Below, one piece after another: positions 10,338 to 20,121 of a DNA stretch of 64,000 bases; positions within the stretch are counted from its first letter, which is position 1; each line of letters opens with the position of its first letter. The position numbers and the translations under genes were made by a program. The DNA comes from Patescibacteria group bacterium (GTDB taxonomy: Bacteria > Patescibacteriota > WWE3 > UBA101185 > 2-01-FULL-41-18): positions 6,751 to 70,750 of the forward strand of contig JBBTST010000003.1 in assembly GCA_038064575.1 (NCBI GenBank), written 5' to 3'. Below the pieces are notes generated by a model. That model saw only the letters and a program-made list of their open reading frames with translations. It was not told where the DNA came from and did no database searches.

Positions 10338-11477
10338 TTAACCTATCAGTGCTTTGTATATAGTTAAGAGCGTTTTTGCCTGCTTTGTTTGAGAAAACTT
10401 CTGTTCAGCCAGCTTTCTTCCGTTTTGACCCATTCGCTTTCTTAAAGGAGCGTCTGTACAAAGCTTTACACAGGCATCAGAGAATTTATCTAGGGAGTGT
10501 TTAACTGAAAAACCATTAGTACCATTCACCACAATAGACTGATTTGAAACATCCTTTACAACAACACACGGAAGGCCGCAGGCTACCGCTTCAATTACAA
10601 CCCTTGGATGAACCTCCGTTAAGGAGGCCATAACAAAGATGTGGGAACTTTTATAAACTTTTTCCAGTTGGGAGTTGGGAATAATACCTGTAAATACAAC
10701 CCTCTTAGACAAACCTAACTCCAAAACCACTTTCTCCAAATTTTCCCGTTCGGTGCCATTACCAACAACCACAAGTTTTGCCCTGTCAACCCGTTTGGCA
10801 ACTTTTGCAAAGGCTTCTATCAAAAAGCCTACATTTTTCTCCTTACTCAACCTTCCAACATACAAAAGAACCACATCCTCTTCCAAAACATAGCCTTTTT
10901 CAAATAAATAATTTGTTTTTCCTTCAGTAAATCTATTTAAATCAACGCAAGTGTACACAATATGAATGGGTTTTTCTATTTCCCATTTCTTTAAAAGAGT
11001 CTCAATTTTCTCTGAGGGGGCAACTACTACATCACATAGATTGCAGTAAAACTTGCTGAACCACCTGACCATTTTGGGAGTTAAAAGCTTCCCCCCAAAA
11101 ATGTGAGAAACATACTCGGAAAAAAGAGTGTGATAAGTAAATACATAAGGAACACGTCTTATTTTTGCCAGCTGATAACCAAAAAAACCCACAGTTCCAC
11201 ACGAATGCGCATGAATAATATCAAAGTCAATGTTTAAAAGATTCCTGACATCTTTATTAGGAAGTGGAAAGGAGGCTCTGATGTCATATTTTGAATAGAC
11301 TTCAATTGCCGGAATTCTAAAAACATGCTTGGGATCATCCAAAACACCCTTGATTGAAGGCGCAACAACATATACCTCATGGCCCAACTTTTTAAACTGG
11401 TTAACAGAATAATCAACGGAGATTACAACTCCATTTACATCGGGATGATATGTATCTGTAAAAAGACCTATTTTCAT
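10338..11477 (-). CDS. glycosyltransferase family 4 (GT-B, group 1)
   Basis: N-terminus MKIGLFTDTYHPDVNGV typical of GT4. 379 aa. Confidence 0.75.
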   Translation of the reverse strand: MKIGLFTDTYHPDVNGVVISVDYSVNQFKKLGHEVYVVAPSIKGVLDDPKHVFRIPAIEVYSKYDIRASFPLPNKDVRNLLNIDFDIIHAHSCGTVGFFGYQLAKIRRVPYVFTYHTLFSEYVSHIFGGKLLTPKMVRWFSKFYCNLCDVVVAPSEKIETLLKKWEIEKPIHIVYTCVDLNRFTEGKTNYLFEKGYVLEEDVVLLYVGRLSKEKNVGFLIEAFAKVAKRVDRAKLVVVGNGTERENLEKVVLELGLSKRVVFTGIIPNSQLEKVYKSSHIFVMASLTEVHPRVVIEAVACGLPCVVVKDVSNQSIVVNGTNGFSVKHSLDKFSDACVKLCTDAPLRKRMGQNGRKLAEQKFSQTKQAKTLLTIYKALIG

Positions 11478-12737
11478 TTAACCAAGGTAATCCCTAAGTT
11501 TCTTGCTTCTTGAAGGGTGTCTTAATTTCCTCAAAGCTTTTGCCTCAATTTGCCTTATGCGCTCTCTTGTTACCCCAAACTCTTTCCCAACTTCTTCCAA
11601 AGTCCTTGGGCGCCCATCCTTAAGACCAAATCTAAGCTCCAATACTTTCTGCTCCCTGGGGTTAAGAGTTTGCAAAACCTCATCCAAATGACCCTTTAAA
11701 AGCTCATAGCTTGCTGCCTCAAAAGGCGTTTCCATGTCTGTATCAGGAATAAATTCTTTAAGTTTTGAATCATCCTCTTTCCCAACCGGAGTTTCAATTG
11801 AGGTGGGTTCTTGGGAAATTTTTATTATTTCATTGGCTTTTTCAACCTCAATACCCATTTCTTTGGCAATTTCCTCAGGCTTTGGAGGCCTTTCAAACTC
11901 CTGTTCCAGCTTTCTCTGAACTCTTTTGAATTTATTTATTGTTTCTATCATGTGGACCGGAATTCTGATGGTCCTAGCATGATCCGCAATAGCTCTTGTT
12001 ATAGCCTGCCTAATCCACCAAGTAGCATAGGTAGAAAACTTAAAACCCCTTCTCCAGTCAAATTTTTCAACGGCTCTCATTAAACCAATATTCCCTTCCT
12101 GAATCAGATCCAAAAAAGGTAAACCCCTTCCCATATATTTTTTTGCAATAGAAACAACCAGTCTTAAATTGGCACCAATAAGTCTGTCTACCGCCTCTTT
12201 TTCCCCTTTTTCCGCTCTTTTAGCAAGAGTTACCTCCTCAGGCCCTGTTAAAAGCTTCACTTTCCCAATTTCCCGCAAGTACATCCTAACAGGATCTGTA
12301 GAAGTGGCTTTATCTGCTGTAATAGTCATTTCCAGCTCTGCAACTTCTTCCGGTTCCGACTCTTCAACTACATTACTGTCAAAAACATCAATTTTAAGCT
12401 CGGCAAGTTTTTGATAAAGATTATCAAGCTCAATCACATTTTCCTCAGCCTCAGGGAATAAATCCAAAATATCTTCCTGAGTCAGGAAACCCTGTTTTTT
12501 GCCTTTTGCTACAAGTTTTTTTAAGATTGCTGTTCTTTTGGCATCAGCTTTAACAGGCTTGAGCTTAACCTCTACAACTTTCTCAACTTTGGGTGCTTTT
12601 GCGGAAAGCTCTTTAACAGGTGCCCCTTTTTTCTTTTCTGGGGGAAACTTTTTAGCTCCTACAACCCCCCCAACTTCCTGTTTTTCAATCTTAAGTTGTT
12701 TTCTTTCAAAAATCTTACCTTTCTGCAGTTTTTTCAT
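11478..12737 (-). CDS. rpoD: RNA polymerase sigma-70 factor RpoD
   Basis: Region 2 ([18 protein letters not shown]…[14 protein letters not shown]) and region 4.2 ([20 protein letters not shown]). Immediately downstream of dnaG. Confidence 0.92.
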   Translation of the reverse strand: MKKLQKGKIFERKQLKIEKQEVGGVVGAKKFPPEKKKGAPVKELSAKAPKVEKVVEVKLKPVKADAKRTAILKKLVAKGKKQGFLTQEDILDLFPEAEENVIELDNLYQKLAELKIDVFDSNVVEESEPEEVAELEMTITADKATSTDPVRMYLREIGKVKLLTGPEEVTLAKRAEKGEKEAVDRLIGANLRLVVSIAKKYMGRGLPFLDLIQEGNIGLMRAVEKFDWRRGFKFSTYATWWIRQAITRAIADHARTIRIPVHMIETINKFKRVQRKLEQEFERPPKPEEIAKEMGIEVEKANEIIKISQEPTSIETPVGKEDDSKLKEFIPDTDMETPFEAASYELLKGHLDEVLQTLNPREQKVLELRFGLKDGRPRTLEEVGKEFGVTRERIRQIEAKALRKLRHPSRSKKLRDYLG

Positions 12738-12741
12738 ATAA

Positions 12742-14526
12742 TTACGTCAACCTCTCGGAAATTTCTTTAAACTCGGAAAGAAGCCGATCAACTTCCCCTG
12801 AATCTCCCAAGGCTTCGGCCTCTTTTATTCTAGCCGAAAGATCTTTTAGCTCTCTTTTGGCCGTTTCGCTCTTTAAGCGCCTTAGAGTTTGGGAGAGCTC
12901 ACCCCCATACTTCTCTTCATCTTGGGAACTGCCTACATCGGATAGGTATAGTTTTTCAATTCTTTGAACAAGGCTTTCATCCTCAAGACGGGCCAAGAAA
13001 TATTTTATCTCAAATTTCTTTTTCCTGCCTAGGAGATAGCTCTTTAGTTTTGTAAAAACCGCCCCGATCTGTGAATCTGTAAAATCCCGTTGTCCCAACT
13101 TATATAGGTTTGTTTGAGCTAAGTCAAGTGGGGCTTTTAGGATGAGGCCAATCATGTATTCCTCCAGAGGAACCCCTGACAAAGCCCCTAACTTCCCAAA
13201 AACTGCGTCATCAGGCTCTTTTCCCACTTTAAAAGGGCGTGCAGTACTGCTGCTTCTCTCAAAAATTGAGCCAATAGCACTCTCAGAAATAGCTAAATCT
13301 TGAGACAGCTTGTTAACATAATAGTCCTTGAGCACAGGGTTTTGAATAACACTAAGCAGAGGCGCTAAAAATTCCAAAATCTTCTTTTTTCCAATAGAAT
13401 CTTTTCTATCAAACTTTCCAAAGGCATGAAGAATGTAAAAATCATAAACAGGCAATGCATTTGAGAGATTTTCTTTGAATTTATCAGGTTCTTTGCGCAG
13501 ACACTCGTCTATATCTTTGTAGGGTTTTGGGATGATAACAACTCTTAAATTAAAGTTCAGTTTTTCAGCAAGTTCAATCCCTCTTTGCGCAGCATTCATG
13601 CCTGCAAAGTCTGCATCAAAGCAAAAGTAAATATCTTTTGTAAATTTTTTAAGAGTTTCAAGCTGAAGATTTGTAAGAGCTGTTCCCCCGGTACAAACAG
13701 TGTTTCTTATCTCATTTTTATGGGCGGCAATCACATCCATTTGCCCTTCCACAAGAAGAACATACCCTGCCCGTTTAATTTCAACTTTGGCTTTTTCCAA
13801 AGCATACAAAATTGCGCTTTTGTTAAAGGCGTCTGTTTCAGGAGTATTCATGTATTTGGGCTCGCTACCATCCATGCTTCTTGCGGTAAAACCCACAACA
13901 TCTCCTGAAAGAGCCTTGATAGGAAACATAAGTCTTCCCCTAAACCTATCGTAACAGCCGCCCCTACCCTCAGAAACAACTCCCATACTGGAAGCAATAA
14001 TATCTTCAATCCTAAATTTTTTACCCATTAAAAACTTGCTCAGGCTGTTCCAGGAATTTGGCGCGTAACCAAGATTAAATTGGATAATATCTGCATCTCT
14101 AAGTCCTCTCTCCTCTTTAATATAAAGAAGCGCCTTTTCCCCAAGTTTATGTTTTGTCAAAATGAAATGATAAAATTCGGACGCCATGTGGTTTATTTCA
14201 ATAATTCTGTCTTTTCTGGATTTTTCTTTTTTTTGGTCCTGTATATCAATTTCCACGCCTGCTTTATTTGCCAAAAGTTTAAGAGAGGGTAAAAAGTCTA
14301 TACCTTCAATTTCCTTGATAAAAGCAAAAATATCTCCACCCTTTCCACAGCCAAAGCATCTGAAAATCTGCAGTTCCGGCGAGACCATAAATGAAGGGGT
14401 TTTCTCTCCATGAAAAGGGCATAAGCCTTTATAATTCTTCCCGGCTTTGGTAAGAGCCATGTAGGAAGCTATTAGATCTACTATGTTTATTCGCTCTTTA
14501 ATTTCTGTAAGCTTAGAATCCTCCAT
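12742..14526 (-). CDS. dnaG: DNA primase DnaG
   Basis: CHC2 zinc finger [11 protein letters not shown]…CFGCG. TOPRIM VEGQMDV. 594 aa. Confidence 0.9.
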   Translation of the reverse strand: MEDSKLTEIKERINIVDLIASYMALTKAGKNYKGLCPFHGEKTPSFMVSPELQIFRCFGCGKGGDIFAFIKEIEGIDFLPSLKLLANKAGVEIDIQDQKKEKSRKDRIIEINHMASEFYHFILTKHKLGEKALLYIKEERGLRDADIIQFNLGYAPNSWNSLSKFLMGKKFRIEDIIASSMGVVSEGRGGCYDRFRGRLMFPIKALSGDVVGFTARSMDGSEPKYMNTPETDAFNKSAILYALEKAKVEIKRAGYVLLVEGQMDVIAAHKNEIRNTVCTGGTALTNLQLETLKKFTKDIYFCFDADFAGMNAAQRGIELAEKLNFNLRVVIIPKPYKDIDECLRKEPDKFKENLSNALPVYDFYILHAFGKFDRKDSIGKKKILEFLAPLLSVIQNPVLKDYYVNKLSQDLAISESAIGSIFERSSSTARPFKVGKEPDDAVFGKLGALSGVPLEEYMIGLILKAPLDLAQTNLYKLGQRDFTDSQIGAVFTKLKSYLLGRKKKFEIKYFLARLEDESLVQRIEKLYLSDVGSSQDEEKYGGELSQTLRRLKSETAKRELKDLSARIKEAEALGDSGEVDRLLSEFKEISERLT

Positions 14527-14635
14527 TGGCTAGATATAACATTTAAGCACCAAGCTCACAACACTAAACTGGAAACGCCCGGGGTTTGCTATGCGTATAA
14601 CAAACCCCGAGTATTTAGACGCGGACAAGTAGCTA

Positions 14636-15019
14636 TCAAGTTAGGATTGTGTATATCAGGAAAGCGGCTGCGAGCAGGCTAATCATGGTGTGTAGAAAGC
14701 TAAACACCAACACAACCCAGTACCGCCACGACCTGGTAACATAATAGTCCTGGTAGAAAGGCCGTGAAAGAGCAGAAAGAACACCCAAATTTGACCACAC
14801 AATTACTTCAATCCCATACTTCCTTTCTACCGGAATCCTAAATCTCACAAGCCACAACCACAGGCACACATTTGCCCCAGCAACATAAAAAAGAGCTTGT
14901 TGGCCCCAGAAAAAAGCGCCTACTGCTACCATCAGGTTAAGAAGTGAGCAAAATCTTGCAAGGGGGCCTGGGGTTAATACTACCATCAGCTCTGGCTCAG
15001 ATATGTCTTCCATTGTCAA
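14636..15019 (-). CDS. small membrane protein (127 aa)
   Basis: Multiple hydrophobic helices. Occupies the position upstream of dnaG where rpsU usually sits. Confidence 0.4.
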   Translation of the reverse strand: MTMEDISEPELMVVLTPGPLARFCSLLNLMVAVGAFFWGQQALFYVAGANVCLWLWLVRFRIPVERKYGIEVIVWSNLGVLSALSRPFYQDYYVTRSWRYWVVLVFSFLHTMISLLAAAFLIYTILT

Positions 15020-15147
15020 TCTCCTTTGTTTTAGATGTAAGTGAATGATAAAACAGGATTAAAAATAAAGAAAACCGAGTATTTACCTAACGTTTTCTTG
15101 AAAAGGGCTTTGCAAACGCTTCAGTCAATTATTTTGAAAATGAAAAT

Positions 15148-15237
15148 TGGCGGAGGGGGCGGGATTCGAACCCGCGTGAGGCTTTCACCCCAACAGACTT
15201 TCCAGGTCTGCGCACTAGGCCTCTATGCGACCCCTCC
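15148..15237 (-). tRNA. tRNA-Ser (anticodon GGA)
   Basis: Reverse complement folds as a cloverleaf with acceptor stem GGAGGGG, anticodon loop CUGGAAA, long variable arm, T-arm GGTTCGAATCC, and encoded CCA. Confidence 0.85.
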
Positions 15238-15388
15238 ACAACCCAATCCAAAAGTACAAGAATTATACCAATAATAAGTTATTTAGCTCTGAATCAAAAA
15301 GCATAAATATATATAAACTTTCACTTGTTCAGAATTCCAAATCCGGTAGCAGAATCAAAGCAGTTTAGTAAATAGGGAAAATATAAAA

Positions 15389-15958
15389 CTAACACCAACT
15401 GCAACCGTAGTCTAAACCGTTTGTATGGCTGCAATCGTTAAAAACAGCAAGCTCCAAGTTTCCATTGTCTTTTATTCTTACAACAGTAACCGAGGCAAAG
15501 TCCACATTCATATTGAAAAAGCCAAGTACGTCTCCTCTCAAAATTCCAAGTACAACAAACCGAATGAAGTGGCCATGCGTAAAGATAAAAACATTTTCTC
15601 CTTTGGAACCCTCTACCAAACTTTTAAAGTTGTCAAATACTCGCTGTTTAATAGGTATAAATTTGTCTATCAAATAAATTAACTTATCATGATCGTTTGC
15701 AAAATACTCATCCACAACTTCTCTTAGACTATCCTCATACTTTGGGGTAACTCCCGGGTGGTATGTTAAAAATGTTTGGCAGGTGTCTTTAGCCCTCTCC
15801 ATTGTGCTTGAGTAAACTTCCTGAATTTTAAAATCTTTGAAGCGCCTGGCCATAGCTTCAGCGTGCTCAATACCGTTTTTGTTTAGCGGAGAGTTAGGAA
15901 GCTGCTTCCAGCTTTTGTCATACGCATTGCCATGCCTGATTAAATAAATCTGACGCAT
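15389..15958 (-). CDS. histidine phosphatase superfamily protein (phosphoglycerate mutase-like)
   Basis: RHG motif (IYLIRHGNA) near the chosen start, and a second His motif (FTHGHFIR). The track start 16033 overlaps the next gene, so the internal Met at 15958 was taken. Confidence 0.7.
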   Translation of the reverse strand: MRQIYLIRHGNAYDKSWKQLPNSPLNKNGIEHAEAMARRFKDFKIQEVYSSTMERAKDTCQTFLTYHPGVTPKYEDSLREVVDEYFANDHDKLIYLIDKFIPIKQRVFDNFKSLVEGSKGENVFIFTHGHFIRFVVLGILRGDVLGFFNMNVDFASVTVVRIKDNGNLELAVFNDCSHTNGLDYGCSWC

Positions 15959-15993
15959 GGGAGAATTATACCTGTATCCAACTTGATTTAGAA

Positions 15994-16719
15994 TCAGACC
16001 TTTGGCATAAAGTTGTTGCGGCTCCAGTTCCACAGCACAGAGTGCATTTCAACCGGTGTAATGGGAGAATCCTTGAGTAACCTGCTCCAGGCTTCAACCG
16101 CCGCTTTTGGATCTGAGTCCTTGATTAAACCTAACTTAATAGAACTTTTAATTACGTGCGTATCTGGAATTATTGAAATAAGGTGCATGTTTTTTAGATT
16201 TGCATTTGTATATTTATTTAGTATGTAAAGCCAATAATTTGCCATTTTAAGGCCTTTTAAATAAGGGAACCACTCTTTTTTTTCACCTTGAATAAACTTT
16301 AGGATTCTACTTACGTCAAACCCATTTTTAATCAAAATGTTTCTTGGGTCATTCCCAAAATGGGTGTTTAGAGTAGTAGATATCTTTACCCAAATATCTG
16401 TATGTTTATTTTTTTGCAGAGCGAGTTTGTGTTTTAAAAGATCTGCTTGAATCTTAACCCATTCGGTCTCCACTATTTTTTCAGGATAAAATAAATAATT
16501 GGTTTTTTCATCATTCCAAGTTTTAAGAGCCGACTGCCACATAGCAGGGGAGCTTCTTTGAAAGTTTAAACAGACAGGCAGTGTAAAATAGATATAATTT
16601 AACCTATCTTCCTTACTAAACCCGGGATTGACCTCATGTTGTGCCAAAGTTTTAATTTGGCCTTCAGTAAAAAGTCTGTACAACTTCAAAATTCTGGGTA
16701 AAACTTTAGAATTTGTCAT
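15994..16719 (-). CDS. HhH-GPD superfamily DNA glycosylase-like protein
   Basis: Helix-hairpin-helix Gly/Pro-Asp-like segment (LKGLKMANYWLYI…IIPDTHVIKSSIKLGLI) resembling the endonuclease III/AlkA PVDTHV motif. No Fe-S cysteine cluster. Confidence 0.45.
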   Translation of the reverse strand: MTNSKVLPRILKLYRLFTEGQIKTLAQHEVNPGFSKEDRLNYIYFTLPVCLNFQRSSPAMWQSALKTWNDEKTNYLFYPEKIVETEWVKIQADLLKHKLALQKNKHTDIWVKISTTLNTHFGNDPRNILIKNGFDVSRILKFIQGEKKEWFPYLKGLKMANYWLYILNKYTNANLKNMHLISIIPDTHVIKSSIKLGLIKDSDPKAAVEAWSRLLKDSPITPVEMHSVLWNWSRNNFMPKV

Positions 16720-16721
16720 TG

Positions 16722-17492
16722 TTAAATTTTAGTTTCCATGAAATACCTCTCAAAATAAGGGTTTTGAGTTTCCTTCATCACAATAGCAATAAGCTCTTGC
16801 ATTCCGGTATACATTTGAAGTTTGGTTGCTTCCTCCGGGGTAAACCAAAAATTCCGCCCTTCATTTGAATCTCTTAGTTCCCCCTCAGGATCAAGCATAA
16901 GATACACAAAGAAAAAGTTATCAAGGAGTATTTCCCGCCTACTGGGACCTCTGAGTTTATGGTATACACAAATGTTTTTGGGCTCGCCTTTAAGACCTGT
17001 CTCTTCTCTAAATTCTCTCACAGCGGTCTCTTCAGTTGTATCACCAAACCTTATTTTTCCGTTCACAAATCCAAAATAACCATAAAAGGGCTCCTTTAAT
17101 CTTTGGTGAAATAAAAGATGTGTTTTGCCATCGACTGTTCTTTTTGCCGTAATTGCAACACCGGGCCTGCCAAATTTCTCAAGCTTTAGAGCATCAACAT
17201 CAATTGTACTTGCAAAAGCTTTTCCCTTTAGAGTAAGAAGGTAGCGTCTGGCTTTCTTCTCAACCAAACCTTCTTTTATTAATTTTTTAATGTGAAAAGT
17301 AAAATGGTCACTTGTTAACCCAAGCCTGTTAAGCGAGGCAAAATTGGTACCGTTGTTAAACAGTAATTCCTTTAAAATGCTTATTTGTACTTGATGTAAT
17401 TCATTGTTCATGATTTCAAAGTGTAGCGGTGAGAAAGGTGCAAGTCTAGTGAAGAAGACTTTACTTCTCAAAAAAAACACAAAAACAGTCAA
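16722..17492 (-). CDS. NUDIX hydrolase with N-terminal winged-helix domain
   Basis: Nudix box GKIRFGDTTEETAVREFREETGL (Gx5[E/D]x7REUxEExGU). Confidence 0.7.
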   Translation of the reverse strand: MTVFVFFLRSKVFFTRLAPFSPLHFEIMNNELHQVQISILKELLFNNGTNFASLNRLGLTSDHFTFHIKKLIKEGLVEKKARRYLLTLKGKAFASTIDVDALKLEKFGRPGVAITAKRTVDGKTHLLFHQRLKEPFYGYFGFVNGKIRFGDTTEETAVREFREETGLKGEPKNICVYHKLRGPSRREILLDNFFFVYLMLDPEGELRDSNEGRNFWFTPEEATKLQMYTGMQELIAIVMKETQNPYFERYFMETKI

Positions 17493-17531
17493 GGCGTGAA
17501 GAAATAAAACCTCACGCCTTTTGGAAAGAAA

Positions 17532-17738
17532 TCAGCCAGTTAAAGCCTGCATGGCCTTGAATAAAGCTTCCTGATCTGTTTTAAATATTTCGCCCCAGCT
17601 TTTTTTGGCCACCCCCTCTTTTAAAGAGGTTTGTGTTGCAATCTGCTTTCTTTCCGACATGTTTGCACCTTTTCCAGCGTAGGGTCCCGTACCATCCCAC
17701 CATTGGGAAAAACTCTCCACATCTTTGAACGCAACCAT
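17532..17738 (-). CDS. hypothetical small protein (68 aa)
   Basis: ORF only. No recognised motif. Confidence 0.3.
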   Translation of the reverse strand: MVAFKDVESFSQWWDGTGPYAGKGANMSERKQIATQTSLKEGVAKKSWGEIFKTDQEALFKAMQALTG

Positions 17739-17963
17739 TTAAAACAAACCCTTTCTTCTTAAGATTTTGAGGCGGGTGTATTTTACAGTAAAAAGAAAAA
17801 TTGGTCTAATATAAGCGGTGTGACTCAAGAAGCTCTTCAAGAATAGATAGGGCTATGAAAAATACTCCGTATGCAACCATGAGCTTCCAACTCATATTGA
17901 GCCATCTTTTTGGTTGTTCCATAATTGGTGTTGTGTTGTTTATGTGTACCCTATAATTAGGTT

Positions 17964-18149
17964 TTAGGCAGCATCAAACCTTGCCTTATTTTCAGTCATC
18001 CATTTCTCCAAGTCCTCCTTAGTATGATTAGAATTCTTCATTACCTCAGCATGAGCAACAAAGTAATGAGGCTTAAGTGCTTCCATCCAATCTTCGAATG
18101 TTTCACCTTTAGCCGTTACTTCACATAAATCACATTTAAGAGTTTTCAT
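17964..18149 (-). CDS. small DUF1059-like protein
   Basis: 61 aa, MKTLKCDLCEV…GETFEDWMEALKPHYFVAHAEV resembles the DUF1059 small metal-binding family. Confidence 0.4.
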   Translation of the reverse strand: MKTLKCDLCEVTAKGETFEDWMEALKPHYFVAHAEVMKNSNHTKEDLEKWMTENKARFDAA

Positions 18150-18248
18150 AGTTTTTTAGCCAATGTTTTTAACCCTTTAATAGTAGCGCATATTTTACAC
18201 TTTCGCCCCGGTTTGAAATTTCCCCAAAAATCGTCTGGCGAGCCAGCG

Positions 18249-18339
18249 TGGCGGAGGGGGTGGGATTCGAACCCACGTTGGGACTGGTCCCAGAACGCTT
18301 TTCGAGAGCGTCGCCGTATGACCGCTTGGCTACCCCTCC
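18249..18339 (-). tRNA. tRNA-Ser (anticodon CGA)
   Basis: Cloverleaf with acceptor stem GGAGGGG, anticodon loop CUCGAAA, long variable arm, T-arm GGTTCGAATCC, and encoded CCA. Confidence 0.85.
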
Positions 18340-18447
18340 AGAGTTTATAGTAATCTGGTCTGGTTCTTTAAATTATAAAACTTCTACAGCAAGTATTTAG
18401 GGAAGGCAGCCTACTCAGAAACCACCTTCCCAAAAAGCAAACCAAAC

Positions 18448-18684
18448 TTACCCAAACGTGATATTTTTATCCCGCGGTTTTTTGCCAAGATCAGAATCAG
18501 GAATGGTAAGACCAAAATCCCCCCAAAATCCTGGGTGTGTGAATTTAGTGAATGCACCATCCTTCTCTGCTGTAAGCTCACCCTTAACATACTTGGGCGT
18601 ATCATGCAGATCATCTTTCAACTCTGTTTCAACGGGACATATTTTTGCAATCTCTCGCCAGGTAAGATCATTCAAATACTCCAT
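18448..18684 (-). CDS. hypothetical small protein (78 aa)
   Basis: ORF only. Overlapping plus-strand ORFs look spurious. Confidence 0.3.
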   Translation of the reverse strand: MEYLNDLTWREIAKICPVETELKDDLHDTPKYVKGELTAEKDGAFTKFTHPGFWGDFGLTIPDSDLGKKPRDKNITFG

Positions 18685-18747
18685 CTTGTGCTTTCTCCTT
18701 TCATCCTAAGCTTATGCAATATTACTAAATAATCGCTCAAACAAAAA

Positions 18748-19761
18748 ATGTATAATACCCCTATGCTTCATGAAACTCTCACACCACAAAGCCCGGTTGA
18801 AAAACATATCACATTGGAAGTCCCAATATTTTCAATAAATGATAGGGTTGGCACAATAAAAAACTTTGTCATTAACCGCCCTCAACAATACAGAAAGCTC
18901 AATTATGTATACTTTGAAGACGCAAACAAAAAATTAACTGGTCTTATTTCTCTACACACTCTTCTTGCATTAAAAGATGATGAGATGGTAAATCATCATG
19001 TTATAAGAAATGTTAAGCACTGCTTTGCCCACACTACTCTTGAAAAGGCTACCGCAATATCACTTCATCAGGGTATAACGGATTTGCCTGTTATCAACAA
19101 GGACGGGACTCTTTTGGGAGTTTTAACATCAGATACCATTCTGCATTTTGCTTCCGCATTTTTTTCAAGCAAGCACTTTGAGCACGGCGGGATTGTGCAT
19201 GGGAAATCTTTGTATGATCTGGTTGTAAACGGTTCCCTGGGAAAGCTTTTTGTGGCCAGACTCCCTTGGCTTTTTCTTGGAGCCGTTGGGGGAGTTTTTT
19301 CCGCAAGAGTGGTAGGATTTTTTGAAGGAACTATTGAGCAAAATATAACTTTAGCTTTATTTATTCCGGCAATTGTATATATGAGCGATGCCGTAGGAAC
19401 TCAAACTGAAACTCTTTTCATCAGAACTCTTGCACTCAAGGACGATCTAAATATTTTAAACTATGTTCTAAGAGATTTCCTTACTGCACTTTTGCTGGGA
19501 GGGGTGATTGGACTGGTGTTTGGCGTACTTTCTTATTTGTGGAAGGGAGAGCTTATTAGCTCTTTGATTATAGGTATGACAATGCTTATCAATACTGCAA
19601 TTTCATCCCCTGTAGCTATTGTAATTCCAACAATTTTTAGAAAACTTAGAATGGACCCGGCAATTGGCAGCGGTCCTTTGGCAACAATTATTCAGGATTT
19701 ATTAAGCCTGGTTGTGTATTTTGCTATAGCGTTAGCAGCACTTAAAGTTTTGAATTTCTAA
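18748..19761 (+). CDS. mgtE: magnesium transporter MgtE family
   Basis: CBS-pair region followed by MgtE-type transmembrane domain (MSDAVGTQTETLFIR…). Confidence 0.75.
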   Translation: MYNTPMLHETLTPQSPVEKHITLEVPIFSINDRVGTIKNFVINRPQQYRKLNYVYFEDANKKLTGLISLHTLLALKDDEMVNHHVIRNVKHCFAHTTLEKATAISLHQGITDLPVINKDGTLLGVLTSDTILHFASAFFSSKHFEHGGIVHGKSLYDLVVNGSLGKLFVARLPWLFLGAVGGVFSARVVGFFEGTIEQNITLALFIPAIVYMSDAVGTQTETLFIRTLALKDDLNILNYVLRDFLTALLLGGVIGLVFGVLSYLWKGELISSLIIGMTMLINTAISSPVAIVIPTIFRKLRMDPAIGSGPLATIIQDLLSLVVYFAIALAALKVLNF

Positions 19762-19838
19762 AAAGTCTCTCAAGAAGACGGTGGGGAGGTTCTGATGGCA
19801 AGAAACACGCCTTCAAAACCTCCTCTGCTTGACTTGTC

Positions 19839-19961
19839 TTAATCAGAGTCGTGCTTCTGGCTAATTTGACTACTTCTCATTGTAGCCACAAACACAAGTA
19901 GTGTTGACCCCAAAGTCAGGACCACCACCACAACAACAAGTAAAATCACTGTGGTATTCAT
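19839..19961 (-). CDS. 40-aa single-TM micropeptide
   Basis: Not in the ORF track. MNTTVILLVVVVVVLTLGSTLLVFVATMRSSQISQKHDSD, with strong GGAGG RBS 6 nt upstream. Confidence 0.25.
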   Translation of the reverse strand: MNTTVILLVVVVVVLTLGSTLLVFVATMRSSQISQKHDSD

Positions 19962-20121
19962 CTTTCCTCCTCATGGCTATGGCACGCTGTTATGTAGAGG
20001 CGGGGCTCTGTTTTTCCCTCTAGAAACTCACAAACCCTTTCTGATAAAGCTTTGGGCATTTCTTTGCCTCCTTTCCTTCAAGTTTTATCTGATTATCACA
20101 CTGGCTTCAATAATTAACAAA

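Noticed and set aside
11503-12741. Plus-strand ORFs inside rpoD (11503-11691, 11734-11919, 11811-12083, 12169-12414, 12499-12741)
   Set aside because: Antisense to a confidently identified sigma-70 gene. Serine/leucine-rich shadow ORFs.
15041-15274. 77-aa plus-strand ORF
   Set aside because: Overlaps the tRNA-Ser(GGA) gene on the opposite strand. Translation contains the tRNA-derived GGGGGIRTRV artefact.
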